From assembly GCF_009914755.1 (NCBI RefSeq), contig NC_060936.1: a stretch of DNA of 64,000 bases; one strand, given 5' to 3'. Below are positions 39,471 through 54,573 of the stretch, piece after piece. Origin of the DNA: the human T2T-CHM13v2.0 reference genome, Homo sapiens. Each line of letters starts with the position of its first letter. Position 1 is the stretch's first letter. Position numbers and translations under genes: made by a program. A model generated the notes under the pieces. The model searched no databases and was not told the DNA's origin. It was given only the letters and a program-made list of their open reading frames with translations.

Positions 39471-41483
39471 AATACAAATATGGTACAATAGCATAGGGAA
39501 AAAGTACTAGATTTGGAATTAAAAATCCTATCTGTGTTGTGAGTTTTCAAGTGATTGAGACTTAATTCTTATATTAAATGACCTTTTTGTTTTGTTTTTC
39601 AGGAGTTCATGAGATAATAAGCACTTTGTAAAATTTAAGGCCCTAATTTTACTTTTGAAAACAAACCCTTAATCTACTTGTCCAATATTGCCAAGTGTCT
39701 TGACCAAATTAGGATCACAAAAATAATTATTTGCTTTACAAAAATACTTATCACTGTATGAATGATTTACATTTTTAAATGATTTACATCATATATGTTA
39801 ATTTCTCTTAGTTCACTCAGATAATTACTTTTTGAAACTTAAATGTTGATATGGATTTTTCTGTAAATTTTTTTATAAAAACTTATCAAATTCATCCATT
39901 TGGCAAGAATTAGCTTTTGTTTTCTGGTCACAAACTTTGTGACAATTACTGAGCTAAGTGTTAGAGATGTATTTTTTATGCCATTAGGAAGGTATTGTCT
40001 TTCCCATGTGTTATTGGCAAAGTTGCAATTCAAATGCAGGTTTGTGAGATTAGAAAGCTGGAGCTATACTGAGTGACAAAGCAATGTTAATCAATAATAA
40101 CCTAAATAAACACAAATTTTTACATAGCTGTATATATACGCAGTGATTTAGTAAGTGATTTAAAATGTTACTGCATGTAGGTTTTCAAACATAGAGATTG
40201 AATCTAGACATTCAACTCTTTACTCTTCTAAACGTACATAGGAAAAATTAAAGTAGTAAAACATAGTTAGCATTGCCTGTAAAAATAAGGAAGGGCACAG
40301 TGAATAAATCTTATATGTTTAGAGAGTCCTGCAAGTATAGGAAAGATGAGACCAGCTTAGCTACTGAATGATTGTAATTTAATTGGTAATAAGTGGCCAG
40401 AATCCTAGGAGAACTTCTCCTAAGCCCCATGATTGGAAAAGGAAGAACTGGGATGAAGGTGGGACTTGTATCAGTCAACTGGAGAACAATCTAACATTGA
40501 CAGGAGACTTTAGGAGATTCAGTGGAAGCCAACACTAAGAGGTGATCAACCCTGTTCCTAACCAGGTCTAGGGGATACAAAATGAGGTAGAAATATTATT
40601 GCGGGAGTGTTAAAGTTTTGCTGGCCTGAAATAGCCAGCCCAATTTTGTCCTCTCCAAGCTCTATTGCATTGTGTCTATTCCTAGGTTCTATTATTTTAT
40701 TATACTATATGAAGAAAGAGCAAAAAAGGGCTTGACTGAAGAGAAAGAAGGCAAACAAGAAACAAATACTTGAGAGCCAAGGAAGAAAGGGTGACCAAGC
40801 CAGTGGTTAAAGTGAGAGAATGTTTTACAGTTTTGGCAAAAAATGATCAAAACTGAGAGATGTGAAAAAGTAGAAGAAAAGAATAAAAAGGATTTAAGAA
40901 ATTTTGCCGTTATGACTTACACCTCTCTTTTATGTGTTTCTCAGTATGGGGATGAAAATTATAATAGCTACTGAAGTGTCAATACATGGTTAGATATAAT
41001 TCATAAAGTGAATGATGTAGGTAATAATCTTTTTTATTAGTGCTAAACCAGGATATTCAAGGATAGTTAATACTTAAAAACCAAATTTAACATGTGAATT
41101 TGCTAATATTGGAAGAAGATTGGAATCTCTCAAGTAAGAGGCATATTTAATGCTCACATAGTATCAAATATGCAGAAAAAACTCAAACCCTGGAGATTTG
41201 CCGTTTTCAGAGATGAAAATAATAGCATGATCTCCTTAAATATGGATGCTTAAGTTTGCGAATCAAACCTGTACAGCTCTATTGTAACTTTGTTTCATGC
41301 AGAGATGTTCATTTTGAGTCTTCCTTTGGGTATTTTAATAACCAAACAAATCAGTTTTCAAGTCCAGACTAAAGAACTGCAACATAAGATTTAACAGTCA
41401 ACAAAATGAGATTTTTTAGGCTCAAATTATAACATAAATTAAAAAGAATCAGGAATTAACACACAGTATTAGACATCACTTTC

Positions 41484-41550
41484 CCTTCCTTCCTTCCTTC
41501 CTTCCTTCCTTTCTTTTTCTTTCTTTTTTTCTTTCTCTCTTTCTTTCTCC

Positions 41551-41637
<87 letters not shown>

Positions 41638-41916
41638 GTCTCACTTTGTCACCTAGGCTGGAGTGCAATTATACCAATCTTGGCTCAGTGCAGCCTTCAC
41701 CTCCCAGGCTCAAGTGATCCTCCCACCTCAGTCTCCAGAGTAGCTGGGACTACAGGTGTGTGTCACCATACCCGGCTAATTTTTGTATATATATTTTTGT
41801 AGAGACGTGTTTTCCCCACGTTGCCTAGGCAGGTCTCGAACTCCTGGGCTCAAGGGATCTGCCTGCCTCAGCTTCCCAAAGTTTTGGGATTACAAGCGTG
41901 AGCCACCGTGCCCACC
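41484..41916 (-). mobile_element. AluJ with tail converted to a (TTCC)/(TTTC)n microsatellite (41481-41637)
   Basis: AluJ motifs CTCAAGTGATCCTCCCACCTCAG; TSD CACTTTC at 41477-41483 and 41917-41923. Confidence 0.9.
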
Positions 41917-44529
41917 CACTTTCATTTTAAGGAGTCACATTGTCCATATTCTAGCTGGTGATGAAATGAAACTGAGGGAAAAGTAAAGGTAGATTTGTTG
42001 CAAATATGGAGCAGGGCTGATCTTTAAATTTAGACTAAAGGCTCTAAGAAAACTTAAAATGCGAAAAGAGGTGGTAATAACACTTCCCTTAAGAAAAACC
42101 AAGGACTTGGTAGAAAAAAAGGGAGAAAATACACAAAATATACAAAAAAAAAGTAAAATGGCAAAACATAATAAATCTACAAAAAGCAAAAATAAAATGA
42201 ACTCAAATACAAATATAACAGTGATGAGAATAAACCTAAAAGGATGCACTCTCAATTCAGAGAAAAAAATAGACGTATGATAGAGCTAAAAGGTGTCCCT
42301 AATACATGATACACATGAGAATTGAAACCATCTAGGAACACTTAAAAAACATAATTTTACTATTCTACATTCTGCATTAACATGACTTAACTAAAGCCAG
42401 GACATTTTTGCCCAGTAAGATGAAGTTAAAAACAACTTTGGGTTCATCTGAGGAACTTCACAAAAGTTCATTTATCTAAAGAATAAACTATGCAAGTATC
42501 CCTTGACAGGATAGCCTCTCCTCTAGTCTTAAAAAAATCAATTGCTATAATTGGCTTATTAAATGGTATTTACTCATAAATGCTCACTTCACAATCCTCA
42601 CATTGCTGTATGCACCAGTTCCAACTATTATATCACATATTTTGTCTAATCTTAATTAAGTCGGCACTTGAAATAGCACCTTAAACCAGTTTCCCAAAAC
42701 AGTATCAAAACTCTGCCCTCTCTTTGCAGTACTACTAAGACTCTGTCAATATAGTGGTTTCCATTATTGCAGTGAAAGTATTGGTATAAAAAAACAATAT
42801 ACCAAGGAAATTCTAACCAAAAGTTTTGGAGTAAAACACATAAAATACAAGTTAATATAAAAAGTTATATTGGGGTAAAAATATTCAGTATAGTTTTAAA
42901 TGGTTCAATTGCTGTATCAAGAAAAAATAATCTCTCTGCTGAAATTCAAGAAGAATTTGAAAATTGAATCATGGGTTGATAATGTTCTTTAATATTTACT
43001 AGATTAAGTGACTTGCAGAGTATTTGAATCACACAAATAAAAATTTTGATTTCTAGAAAATATGCAGATGAATACAAGCAAATATTAGAGAAGATAAATT
43101 CTTCAGAATCTCACTTGGACCTTCCACAAAAATTGGTTACATTCTAGTTTTACAGCAAACTTCAATGATTTTTTGAAAAATCAGTAATCTATAGACCAAG
43201 TTCTCTTAATTTAATTCAACTAAATTCAAAACCAATTAAATTCAAGTTATATTGATGCTGAAAAACAGCAATAAAACCTGGAAAGAATGCTTAGAGCAGC
43301 TACATGAGGACTCAAAGTAAATAGTAGGAAAATTTACAAAGAAAGCCAGAATTTAAAGTAACGCTGAACTAGAGGTGAGTTTTTTCCTGTGTATTCACAC
43401 TACTTAGCCCTGGATGTAAGCATAATTACAGGAAATGCCCAGCAGAATAAAGTAAGTACAGCCTCAGATTTACAATTGCAAGAACAAAAAAGAGAAACCA
43501 CAGGGAAGTGGAAAATACTGGTAACATAGCAAGACTTGAGAAAAGTGACCCCTTAAACTAGCATATGAATTTCTGGGTTCACTCTTGACCTTTACATGCA
43601 TAGATCTGTTTGAGTGTTAAACACCGTTACAAAGACTTTGAGAGGTGAATTAATATGTAAAGCAGATTCCATATTGGTTCTGAGTGATCCACATGAAGGA
43701 CTGATCCTAATAAGACTGCAAATGCTCTGAAAATTGAACTGACCTTAGACTCACAATCACAGCCCATACAGAGAAGACAGGCTGAAGCTGTGGTCTGAGC
43801 CTAACCAGGACAATTGACTCCTAAAACAAAATACCAACATTCTCCAGTGGATTTAATCAAAATCCAGAGTCTCATAACATAAAATTCAAAATGTTCAGGA
43901 AACAATTCAACATTATTCAACATATAAAGAAAGAGGAAAATATCAACTTACAGTTGAAAAGGCAATCAACAGATGCCAACACCAACATGACACAGATATT
44001 AGAATTATCTGATAAATACTTTAAAGTAACTCTGATAAAAACGTTAAGGCAACTGAAAGCAAATCCTCTTAAAGTGGATGGAAAGATAAACATTCTCAGC
44101 AAAGAAATAAAAGACACAAAGAAGAACCAAATGAAAATTTTGGAATTGAAAGATAAAATGACAAATAAAAAATACTCAAGTTGGGCTTAATAGCAGAATG
44201 GTTATGACAAAGGACTCAGTCAATGAACTTGAAGATAAATCAACAAACATTATTCTGAATATGTTAGAAAATAGATTGCAAAAAATTAACACAGCCCCAG
44301 GGACTGTGGGACAATTCAAAGGTTCAATTATTGGGTCATTAGAAGTCTCAGAAGGAGAAGAGCAAGAGTACAGTGCTGAAAAATATTCACAGAAATATGA
44401 TTCAAAACTACCCAAATTTACTGAAAGACTTAAACCTACAAAGATGCAAGAAGCTTAGTGAAGCCCAAAAAGTATAAATCCAAATAACTCCATGTTCAAG
44501 CTTATTATATTGGGAATAAAAGGACATAA

Positions 44530-45029
<500 letters not shown>

Positions 45030-45228
45030 TCTTCTTCTTCTTCTTTTTTTTTTTCTTCTTTTTTGAGACATGGTCTTGCTATGTTTCTGTTGCCCAGGCT
45101 GGAGTTCAGTGGCTATTAACAGGCTTGATCATAGTTTACTAACACTTTAACTTCTGGTCTCAAGCAATCCTCCAGCCTCAACTTCCTGAGTAACTGGGAC
45201 TACAGGTGTATGCCACTGTGCCCATCTG
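45030..45228 (-). mobile_element. FAM (fossil Alu monomer)
   Basis: Monomer containing GGAGTTCAGTGGCTATTAACAGGC, the reverse complement of the FAM-diagnostic GCCTGTGAATAGCCACTGCACTCC. Confidence 0.8.
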
Positions 45229-45611
45229 AAATAAAAACATCCTTAAATGAAGAAAAATAAAAAAGAATTTGTTGACAGGAGACCTTCTTTAAAACAAATG
45301 CTAAAACAACTTCTTCAAATAGCAAAGAAATGCTAGCATAAGGAAACTTGGATCATCAGGAATAAAGGAAGAGCAGCAGAAATAGTAAATACTTAGGTAA
45401 ATATAATAGACTATTCTTTTGTTCTTTATTTCTTTAAAATATGCTTGAAAGTTGAAAGTAAAACTTTAACACTGTGGTGGGCTTCTCTATTTATATGTTA
45501 ATAGAGAACTATAACAGTAAGAAGGCAGGACACAGAATTGGGTTGTAAGTTTCCTATATTCTACTTGTAGTGGTAAGACATTCACTCCAAGAACACCTAA
45601 AATATGAGCAG

Positions 45612-45997
45612 TAATATAAGCTGAATTGTGACCCTTCAAATTAATATTTTGAAATCTTTCATCCAGTACCTCAGCATATGACTATATTTAGAAATGGGCT
45701 CTTTAAAGAGATCATTTAAGTAAAATAATGTCATATGAGTGGGCTCGAATCCAATATGATTGATGTCATTATAAGAAGAGATTAGGACACAGATATGTGT
45801 GCACACAGAGGAAGGACCATATGAGGACAGTAAGGAGGTGGCCATGTGAAAGCCTGGAAGAGAGGCCTCAGGAGAAGCCAAGCCTGCTAGCACCTTGGTC
45901 TCAGGCTTCCAGCCTCTAGACTGAAATAATAAATTTGTATTGTTTAAGCTACCCAGTGTGTGGTATTTTGTTATGGCAGTTCTAGCAAACCAATACA
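45612..45997 (+). mobile_element. MLT1B LTR
   Basis: GCTGAATTGTGACCC...AATCCAATATGA...TTATAAGAAGAGATTAGGACACAGA...TTCTAGCAAACCAATACA; near-perfect TSD AGCAG/AGTAG. Confidence 0.88.
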
Positions 45998-47232
45998 AGT
46001 AGATATATTGTAATATGTAGAGAATCCACTAAAATAAAATAAAATAAAACTGTACAAAGAGAATGTATCAAGAAGCTGGCAGACATATTAAAGTGGAATA
46101 CTAAAACATGCACAAATAACCCAATAGAATGCAGGAAAAAGAAACGGGAACAAAAATAAAACAAAACCAAAAACAAATTAGAATATAGTAGACCTATACA
46201 CAAACATACCAATAGCCACATTAAATATTAATAACATAAGCATAATAATTAAACGATTTTAATCATGAACTTAAAAATAACTCTGTTGTCTACAAGTAAT
46301 CATATATAATGACATCAGTAGTTTGAGAGTAAAAAAAGGAATAAAATATACAAACACCCATGAAAAAAGCTGGAGTGATTACATTAATATCAGAAAAAGT
46401 AGACATTGGAGTAATAAAAATTACCAGTGATAAAGAGGGACAATGCATAATGATGAAAAGGATAATCATAAACATATATAATCCAAACATGTACATGATT
46501 AAACCAGAGCATGAAAACATGAAGCAAAGAGTGGCAGAAGTAAACAAAAAATACATAAATTAAAAATTGTAGTTGGAGACTTCTACACCACTCTCTCGAT
46601 AATTTGTGGGACTAGTAAACAGAATATTAGTAATGACAAAGAACTGAAAAACTCTTTCAACCAATGGGCTCCTCTACCTATGGTGATGGCCTGAATAAAA
46701 TCTGCCTTACCATGTTTTAACAAGTGTCTTTGAATACTTTTTAAAACAATATTATAAATTCAATGACGCTGTGAAACATTCTCAGTTATGTAAGAAATTA
46801 GGAATTATTTTATCCATGTACATATACAGTGTGAGAAAAATAGTGCAAAGAAATATCAATAACTTGACATCTCTTTTAAATAATATTTAACTATCTTAAC
46901 ATTTATTTGGAAAAGAAGTTTAGATATGCTATTAGGAAGGACAGAGGAGAACTGCTAGTAACATTACCTTACTGGCATTTGCCAAGAATAAAATAAAATT
47001 CCTGCAATTAACTAGATTTAGCTTCCTTAGAAGGTAGTATAACAATCATCTGTACCTAATTACTAATGCCTTATCCCAAATCCTCCTGTGTACTGCATAA
47101 AACATCCTCATTGAGTGATGTCCTGGTGAATAACTTCCCACTCTTTCTTTACACATTCAAGGCCACCTTACTGCCCCTTGGAATTAGCGCCCCTGGGAGA
47201 CCGCTCACCTATTATCTTCTTGAATCTAGTAA

Positions 47233-47233
47233 T

Positions 47234-47283
<50 letters not shown>
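47233..47283. repeat. (TA)n microsatellite
   Basis: About 20 TA units. Confidence 0.95.
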
Positions 47284-47286
<3 letters not shown>

Positions 47287-50200
47287 CTAAACATTACAAA
47301 ACTCCTGGCTGGATTGTACAAAACAGTACATTATCTAAATGTTTAGGTAGTAGATAAGGGTTTCCTTATCTACTTTTTTTTGAGAAAATAATTTGAATTT
47401 ATATAGGAGAAAATATATATGGACACTAGACTTGCTATAGTTAAAATTCCATATGAGCAAGGCATATTTTCTGCACTGATTGTTGCAGATGAAGCTGAAG
47501 AACACTTTCCAGTAGTTGCCATGGTATCTGACATTATGTAGATGAAAAGTAAATTGTAATTGGCAAACTAGAAGCTGTTTCCATTTCTTATATTTTATTC
47601 TAATGAGGTTATGTAATTGAACTAATTTTATCAGCTGGTATGTTTAAGATTGCTTCCCAACAGACAAGATTGGATGATGTACTTTTTATTACATGACTTG
47701 ATCCAATCAATATTCATATCTGATGTTTCAGTTATCAACTGTAATGCTCTTTTAGTTGACTAAGATATGGAACTTGTTTAAATTCTCATTTACCACCAAA
47801 AATATTTGCTGATGAAATCATTTAATCAAAAATATTTAAATGTAAATTACCTAAATTATAATAATAATTAAGCACACTTGAGTATATAGCCTATATTAAG
47901 CTGAAATGAAAACCAATTCCTGTGCATATTAATACATTTATATTTTTCATGTTGAAAAAACTGAAAACTAATGATTTTTAATCAAGGCATAATGGCAACT
48001 CAGGGTAGGACTAATTTGCATAGGTATATCATTTGATTTGAGTATAAAATCTGAAAATGAACATATCAAATACAGTAAAATTAAATGTTATTCTACATTA
48101 AGGACAAGCAATGGAAAGTTCCTGGCTTGAGAATTCCAACTGTAGGGGGACAAAATAGCATGAAAACAATAGACACAAAGAAAGAGAAACAATTCACCAA
48201 GATATCCAACTAGGAACTTACCTAGAGGAAAAAAATCAGAACAACACATGAAGTGTATATCAAGAACATGCCTCCATTTTTTAATTGATAATATATTAAC
48301 TGTTATTATTAGCTATTAACAATCTGCTACATGTAAGACATATTAACTACAAATGCTTCATACCTCAAGGAAATCAATGAAAAACATAGGATGGACAATG
48401 AAAGACACTGGAATAAGCTTAAAGTTAAAGCTAAGAAAATAAACAGAGGGGAAAAAAATGTTGGTTTTCAAAGCCAGAAGCTAGCAGCTGGGCTATAATG
48501 GTGCGACTAAACATTACCCGAGCAAAGAATCTACAAGCAGTTAGAAAACATTACTCTATGGCTGTGGTGGAACAAGAGAAAGTAGGACTTCTCAGAATCA
48601 TACATGAATACAAAACTAAGATAAAGACACTGTGTCTCTAGAAAACCAATCAAACATCCCCTCACCAGGCTAACAGGAGTGACTACCACCTCTTTACCAA
48701 TGACAACCCAAGAGCTACATTTTCTTCCCATCTCCTAGAAACAAACAAGCAAGCAAAGATAACTGGTAGTTACATTTGCCTTGCATTCTGACAGCACTCA
48801 AACTGCAACCAAACAGAACCCAGGCAGCTGAAAAGTCTTAATGTCCCTGTTAACAGTGACAAATAAACAAATACCAAGTTATCCTCAGTTGGCATTGAGA
48901 GATGGAGAGATTGACCCCTGAATTTAGGGGCTGGGCTGGCAACTTGAAGTTTCATTGTTCTTCTGCAGTCCTGACATTCCCAGAGAGCTTGGGCTCTCTA
49001 GGTGGTCAGGGGGTCCTAGACAAGTCTTGGCAAACACACATGGGCAACTGCTGTATGTCCTTGGAACTATACAAAGCCCTTTACTTGCTCATTCCATTCT
49101 TCAGGACAACTGTATTAGCTTGGTGTTAATATATCCCCATGTAATATATGAAATCTGGGTTTTAGGTTAATCCTTTCCCAAAGCCAGGAAGCCAATTTGT
49201 GATGAAGCCGCAGTAAACAGAGGTTTTAGGGCAGCTTCCAAAGCACTGCTGGAGCCCAGCCCACAAAGGAGAGATGTAGGAATCGTGAGACGAGTCTCTC
49301 AGGCATAAGAGACTGAGAAAACTCTCAGAATTCCAGACATCTATGCTAGAAGCTCATCTGCAAGGTAACATATTTAATTTGTGTCCTGTGGAAGGCATGG
49401 AGAAAGAATTTAGTGGTGTCTGGTGGTTTTACTTCTAGGAAGTTTGAAGGAGACTCTTATACTCCTTCTGAAATGTGACTGACCCCCAGAGTGCACTGGG
49501 TGGGGGCTCTCCCACAAACGTCCTGCTAGTCACTCATTCATTGCCCAAAAGGTTAATGTGTGCCAACTAGATGGTAAGTATTAGATGCTGGGGATAGGAC
49601 AGTGAGTAAAATAGACCATTTCCTCAGATAAAAACATTAACTCACAAGTTACAAAACAGTGATATGAGCCGGGACTAAGGCATTCCTTACACATTCCATT
49701 ACACGGATCCCAACTTGGGAGAGCCAAGGGGAGCTCCCAGGGACACCTTTTTCATTATAAAAGGAAAGTAGAAAGGAGAAGGATGTTGAAGTATTTTTGA
49801 AGGTATAATGAACATTTTCCATCTGATGGATTCTAGTTCCTCTGTGAAGTTGGTGTATAGCACTTCTGTGCAGGGGCAGGGAGGAGGTGGTCAACATTTA
49901 TGGGAAGTGGAGATTTGAAATACTTTTGAATAGGAAGAATGTAGGCCAAAGAAAAAATCATGTAATCTTTATGGGCCTATGATCTTTGCTTATTTGGTAC
50001 ACTTATCTATTCCATGTGCTGCAGTTTTACCTAACATATAGTAGGCACTTAATAAATAAGTGTAGGATAAATGAATGATTTTCAGGTGGCTTCTGAGTTG
50101 ACCATCAATTCTACAGTATGTATGTATGGTGACATCCATATGCAACATAGCTTAATAGGATTCAGTTACTTACAAGAAAACAGGGCTTGCAAAAGCAAAG

Positions 50201-52152
50201 AGATGTGTTTCTGCCAGGGCAGAAAGTGATGGAAGGAGATAAGATGGAGTGTTTAAAATAGTCGGTTATATGACAGACCTTGAAGTCTATTATAATGAGA
50301 GAGAAAATGAGAGCAAGTTTTTACATCATGTGTTTAAGCCCATGTACCACTCACACAGATTTTACTTTGAAGCAGGGGGTAAATAAGGCCCACAGTGGCC
50401 TTGCTGTGAGCACCACCTGCCTAAGAAATGCTGCCTCCCTATGTAGAGTATGTCCCAGGAAGGAGGTAAAGACAAGGTGTTAGACTGCTTAATTTTCATA
50501 CAAATTAAGCTGAGATGTGGGGAGCAGTGCCCATTCACTCAGCCTTTCTAAAGAGGGGGACTGTGACAGTTATCATCCACCAAGAAACTCAAGGTAAAAG
50601 ATTTACTCCCAACATCCTGAACTCCAGACCTAGCCATCACAAAACTTTCACTTTCCATGTTTGTGATACATAAAGCTACTCATCCTTTGCCTTTTCTGAA
50701 GACTAGGTAGAGAGAGGCATGAGACTTCACATCCAACCCTTTCAGATTTCACCAGTGATTCAAATCCCACGTCATACTTTATAAAATACTAAAAAAGACT
50801 ATATAGTCTACCCAATTAAAATTACTATACCTTCAGCACATATCTGTAAATTCTAATAAGCAAAGTAACTTTTTTCCTTAAGGGCAATTACTGACTTTAA
50901 AAGACATTCTGAATGAAATGTTATCAAATCTAAAAAACTACTACAAGACTGTAAAACTATGAACCACATGTTAAACAAAGAATAATTATCTCTTTTGGTA
51001 TTCTCTGACATTAGGAATTGTCTGGAAGACACCTATGAAAAAATTCTATATTATAGATGTCAACATAAAAATTGAAATAAATGTAACTCGCAATTCATAT
51101 TTTACCCAGGTACTGTCCTGATGCAAATTATGCTTAGGTATTCCAATCAAAATGCTGCATTAAATTCTGAACATTATATTTAAACAAAGATAATAACAAA
51201 ACCAGGATTGAGTTGGAGAAATGTCAGAATAGGGATGAATCTGAAAACCAGGTCAGATGAAAAATGGTAGAAGGAACATTCAAAGGGTTCTTGGAAAAGA
51301 AAGTATTCAAGAGAATATTCCATAAATCTGAACTTGTTCTAGTGGCAAGAATAAATAGATTTACTTTTCTGTGTAACTCCAAAGAAAAATAATAACTACA
51401 ATGGAATAAAGTTATTAAGAAACATATTTTGGTTTCAACCATAGAAAATCCTAAAGAAAGTTAAATAGTTTGGTTTGAGATGGCTTCACAGATAACTTAT
51501 ATTTCACCTTCTGGTAGCCAAAATCTAAGGGTCTACAAATCAAAGAGAGTTTATGAAACACAGTGAGAAAGTAGTTACTTGTTACTCTCACTAATAAAGC
51601 ATACGTTTTTTGTATTTTGCAAACAATTCATTGTTTTAGAATTTTTAATCATTTTGAAAGAATATATTTTTCTCCAGTTTTCTCAACAAGGAAACTTACG
51701 CAATTTTTGTGAGAGAAGATACTAAAGAAAATCCAGGATGATTGGACAATGCTAACTCCATCAATACCCTTTTCTCATAGATAGGCACCATGAAACGAAT
51801 AAACAAAAATTTAAAATATCTCTTATTTATTTGATAATGTCAATTTTAAAAATTCGGTATGAATTATTCAATAAAATATATCTTTTTACTTGTGGAATTT
51901 AAAATATGTGGTTCTTGTCTATTTCAGAAATGGAAAGAATTCATTCCTGAAGTAGCTGTAAGATAAGTACCTAGGCCTTGGAAGGCTCCCAAATTTAACT
52001 CTATATCATGTGTACTGCATAGAAGAAAGGCAGTTCATTTTCTAAATAGTTGGATGGGAGCCAAAAGCTTTTATAAGGAAGTAGATTTTGCTCTTTGCTA
52101 TAATAAAGGAGGCAAGTATGCTTAAATGGACCATAAAAATAAAGGTGATTGA

Positions 52153-52283
52153 GCCAGGTCAGTGGTTCCCACCTGTAATTCCAGTTATTCAGAAAACTGA
52201 GGCAGGAGGATGGCTTGAGCACAGGAGTTAGAGACCAGCCTGGGCAACAGAGTGAGACCCCATCTCTAAATAAATAAATAAAA
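52153..52283 (+). mobile_element. FLAM (A-type) Alu monomer
   Basis: Left monomer only; flanking repeat AAATAAA..TGATTGA on both sides. Confidence 0.85.
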
Positions 52284-53204
52284 ATGATTGACTTCAGTAT
52301 CATTAGTTAGCCATTTATTTTGGCTTCACTTTATTGAATAAAAATAACACGAAAGAAATAGTTCTCAAAGGATAAACAATGACTATCCATACATCCACAC
52401 ATACAGGTTTATTTTTTGAGTTCAGGCATAGAATAAAGAACTCCAGAGGATCAATGATCATGGGCAAACAGCAAAAGAAGAAAATTGAACTATGCTGAAA
52501 GAATACAGAAAATCAATTTTTGAAAACAAAAAATATACAAATTTTGAAATTAAGGACATATTTCAGGAAACAGTACATACTCAATTTCAACTGTGGAATT
52601 TTTTTCTTAAATCATTTCTGAGACTGGCTGTCAAAACTATTTAAATTGCTTGCATCAGAAATTGTTCTGATCTTCAGCCTGAAAAGAAAATCTACCTTTG
52701 TGAAATTAGATATTCTATCAACAGTAATCATTATACAAAACACAAACCATCTTTTATATAATAGAATAAATATTCAAATATAAATAGACATTAATCTTAA
52801 AATATTTCAATAGAAAAATAATACAGGTTGACGAAAGCTTTGAGGACTTTTATGCAAATCTAACTTTGGACTCAGTCTAGGGCTTATTAATTTCTTTTTA
52901 GGATTCATTTGATGAACATTACTTGAGTCTGAATTAGCAAGAAAAGTAAGATATTTTAAAGAGTTAGGGTTATTTTTTGAGCTTCAAAGCAGGCAGTGCA
53001 TGTGAGGGTGTCATGAGGTGCTTGTAATTGGACAGCCATCAGGAACTAAAATAAAAGCTGTCTTGATTGATTTCCAATTTACAAGCTCACTGCATTAGCT
53101 AATAATTTCCACTCACTCTCTGAAACATACTTATTAATTTTCATAGCATTTGAAACAGTTTTGTTTAATAGACTCCTGTCTACTGTGCCCCAACAATTCT
53201 GCAC

Positions 53205-53980
53205 ATCTGAAGTTCAACCATATGCTTAAAGTGGTTTCTGTTGTCCCTCTAACCTACTTTTACTCCTGTACTTCACTTTTACAAGTACAGAATGTAATTA
53301 TTATGTAAGTTAATAAAGTAAAGCAGCATATTGTAAGAAAGCCTTTTTCTATGAAATTTAATTCCAATGCTTTGGAAATGCTTGACAAAGACACATTACA
53401 ATCTTGCAGTTAAACTAATTAAGTGTAAAACTACATGCGGTGTTTGGTTTTTTGTCCTTGCGATAGTTTACTGAGAATGATGATTTCCAATTTCATCCAT
53501 GTCCCTACAAAGGACATGAACTCTTCATTTTTATGGCTGCATAGTATTCCGTGGTGTATATGTGCCACATTTTCTTAACCCAGTCTATCATTGTTGGACA
53601 TTTGGGTTGGTTAAAGTATAATAATAAAAAAAAAAAACTACAAAGGATGGGCGAACATTACGTTTAAAATGTAGAAAAATTCTTTATTCAGTTTACCTCA
53701 CAAGAGTGTTTAAGTTCTTGTCCCATTAAAAAAATTAAACTGTAAATTACAAATAATACATTATATATGTAGTTTATTCAAGAAATACAACAATAAACTC
53801 CAATTAGCAGACCTATACACACAGAAGAAACTTTGGCATTCTATTAAAGAATAAGGATAATAAGTATACATTTATATTGAGTAAAATTAGAATCTTCATA
53901 TATAAATATATATTTATAAAAATGAGTATATATTCATTTTTAATGATTTCCTGATATAACCAAAGTTTCAATTACTATTT
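53205..53980 (+). mobile_element. Tigger13a-like (TcMar-Tigger) relic
   Basis: TTTCTATGAAA...AATGCTTTGGAAA..CTTGACAAAG...TTTAAGTTCTTG...AACTCCAATTAGCAGACCTATAC; collinear across the small L1 insertion. Confidence 0.65.
53436..53633 (+). mobile_element. Twin-primed, 5'-inverted mini L1 (L1PA2/3-type)
   Basis: Antisense L1 3' region at 53436-53612, then sense TTAAAGTATAATAAT + polyA; TSD AAAACTACA at 53427-53435 and 53634-53642. Confidence 0.9.
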
Positions 53981-54237
53981 CTTCCATATCTTGTAAAATA
54001 AAAGGGCTTTCTTCTGCCATACTAGTCTCTACTTATCTTTGGAATGAAATAATCACTTGCTCTTGCTCCTCTCTCTTTCTTTTTCAATTTTTAAAAAAAT
54101 ATCTGCATTACTTATCTATTTATTTAATTTACTTATTTTTGGATGAATAACTTTATGTTTTTACACTTAAAGGTTGATGAAAAACCATTACTAATCTGAT
54201 TAAAGAAATTCCAGCACTTCAGTTGAAAAGTATGGTA

Positions 54238-54573
54238 GGCCAGGCGTGGTAGCTTACACCTGTAATCCCAGTATTTTGGGAGGCCAAGTTGGTTGCATCA
54301 TCTGAGGTCAGGAGTTTGAGACCAGCCTGGCCAACAAGGCAAAACCCCATCTCTAATGAAAATACAAAAATTAGCTGGGCATGGTGGCATGCACCTGTAC
54401 TCCCAGCTACTTGAGAGGCCGAGACGGGAAGATCAATTGAACCCAGGAGACAGAGGTTGCAGTGAACCAAGATTGCACCTGCACTCCAGCCTGGGTGACA
54501 GAGCAAGACTTCGTCTCAAAAAAAAAATAAATAAATAAAAAAGAAAGAAAGAAAGAAAAGAAAGGAAAAAAAA
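54238..54573 (+). mobile_element. AluS inserted in the pseudogene 3'UTR
   Basis: Full dimer; TSD-like AAGTATGGTA / AAGTAGGGTA; 3'UTR-like sequence on both sides. Confidence 0.92.

Noticed and set aside
41456-41668. Lys/Arg/Glu-rich ORF (also 44455-44811 and 44492-44758)
   Set aside because: Translations of (TTTC)n Alu-tail microsatellites.
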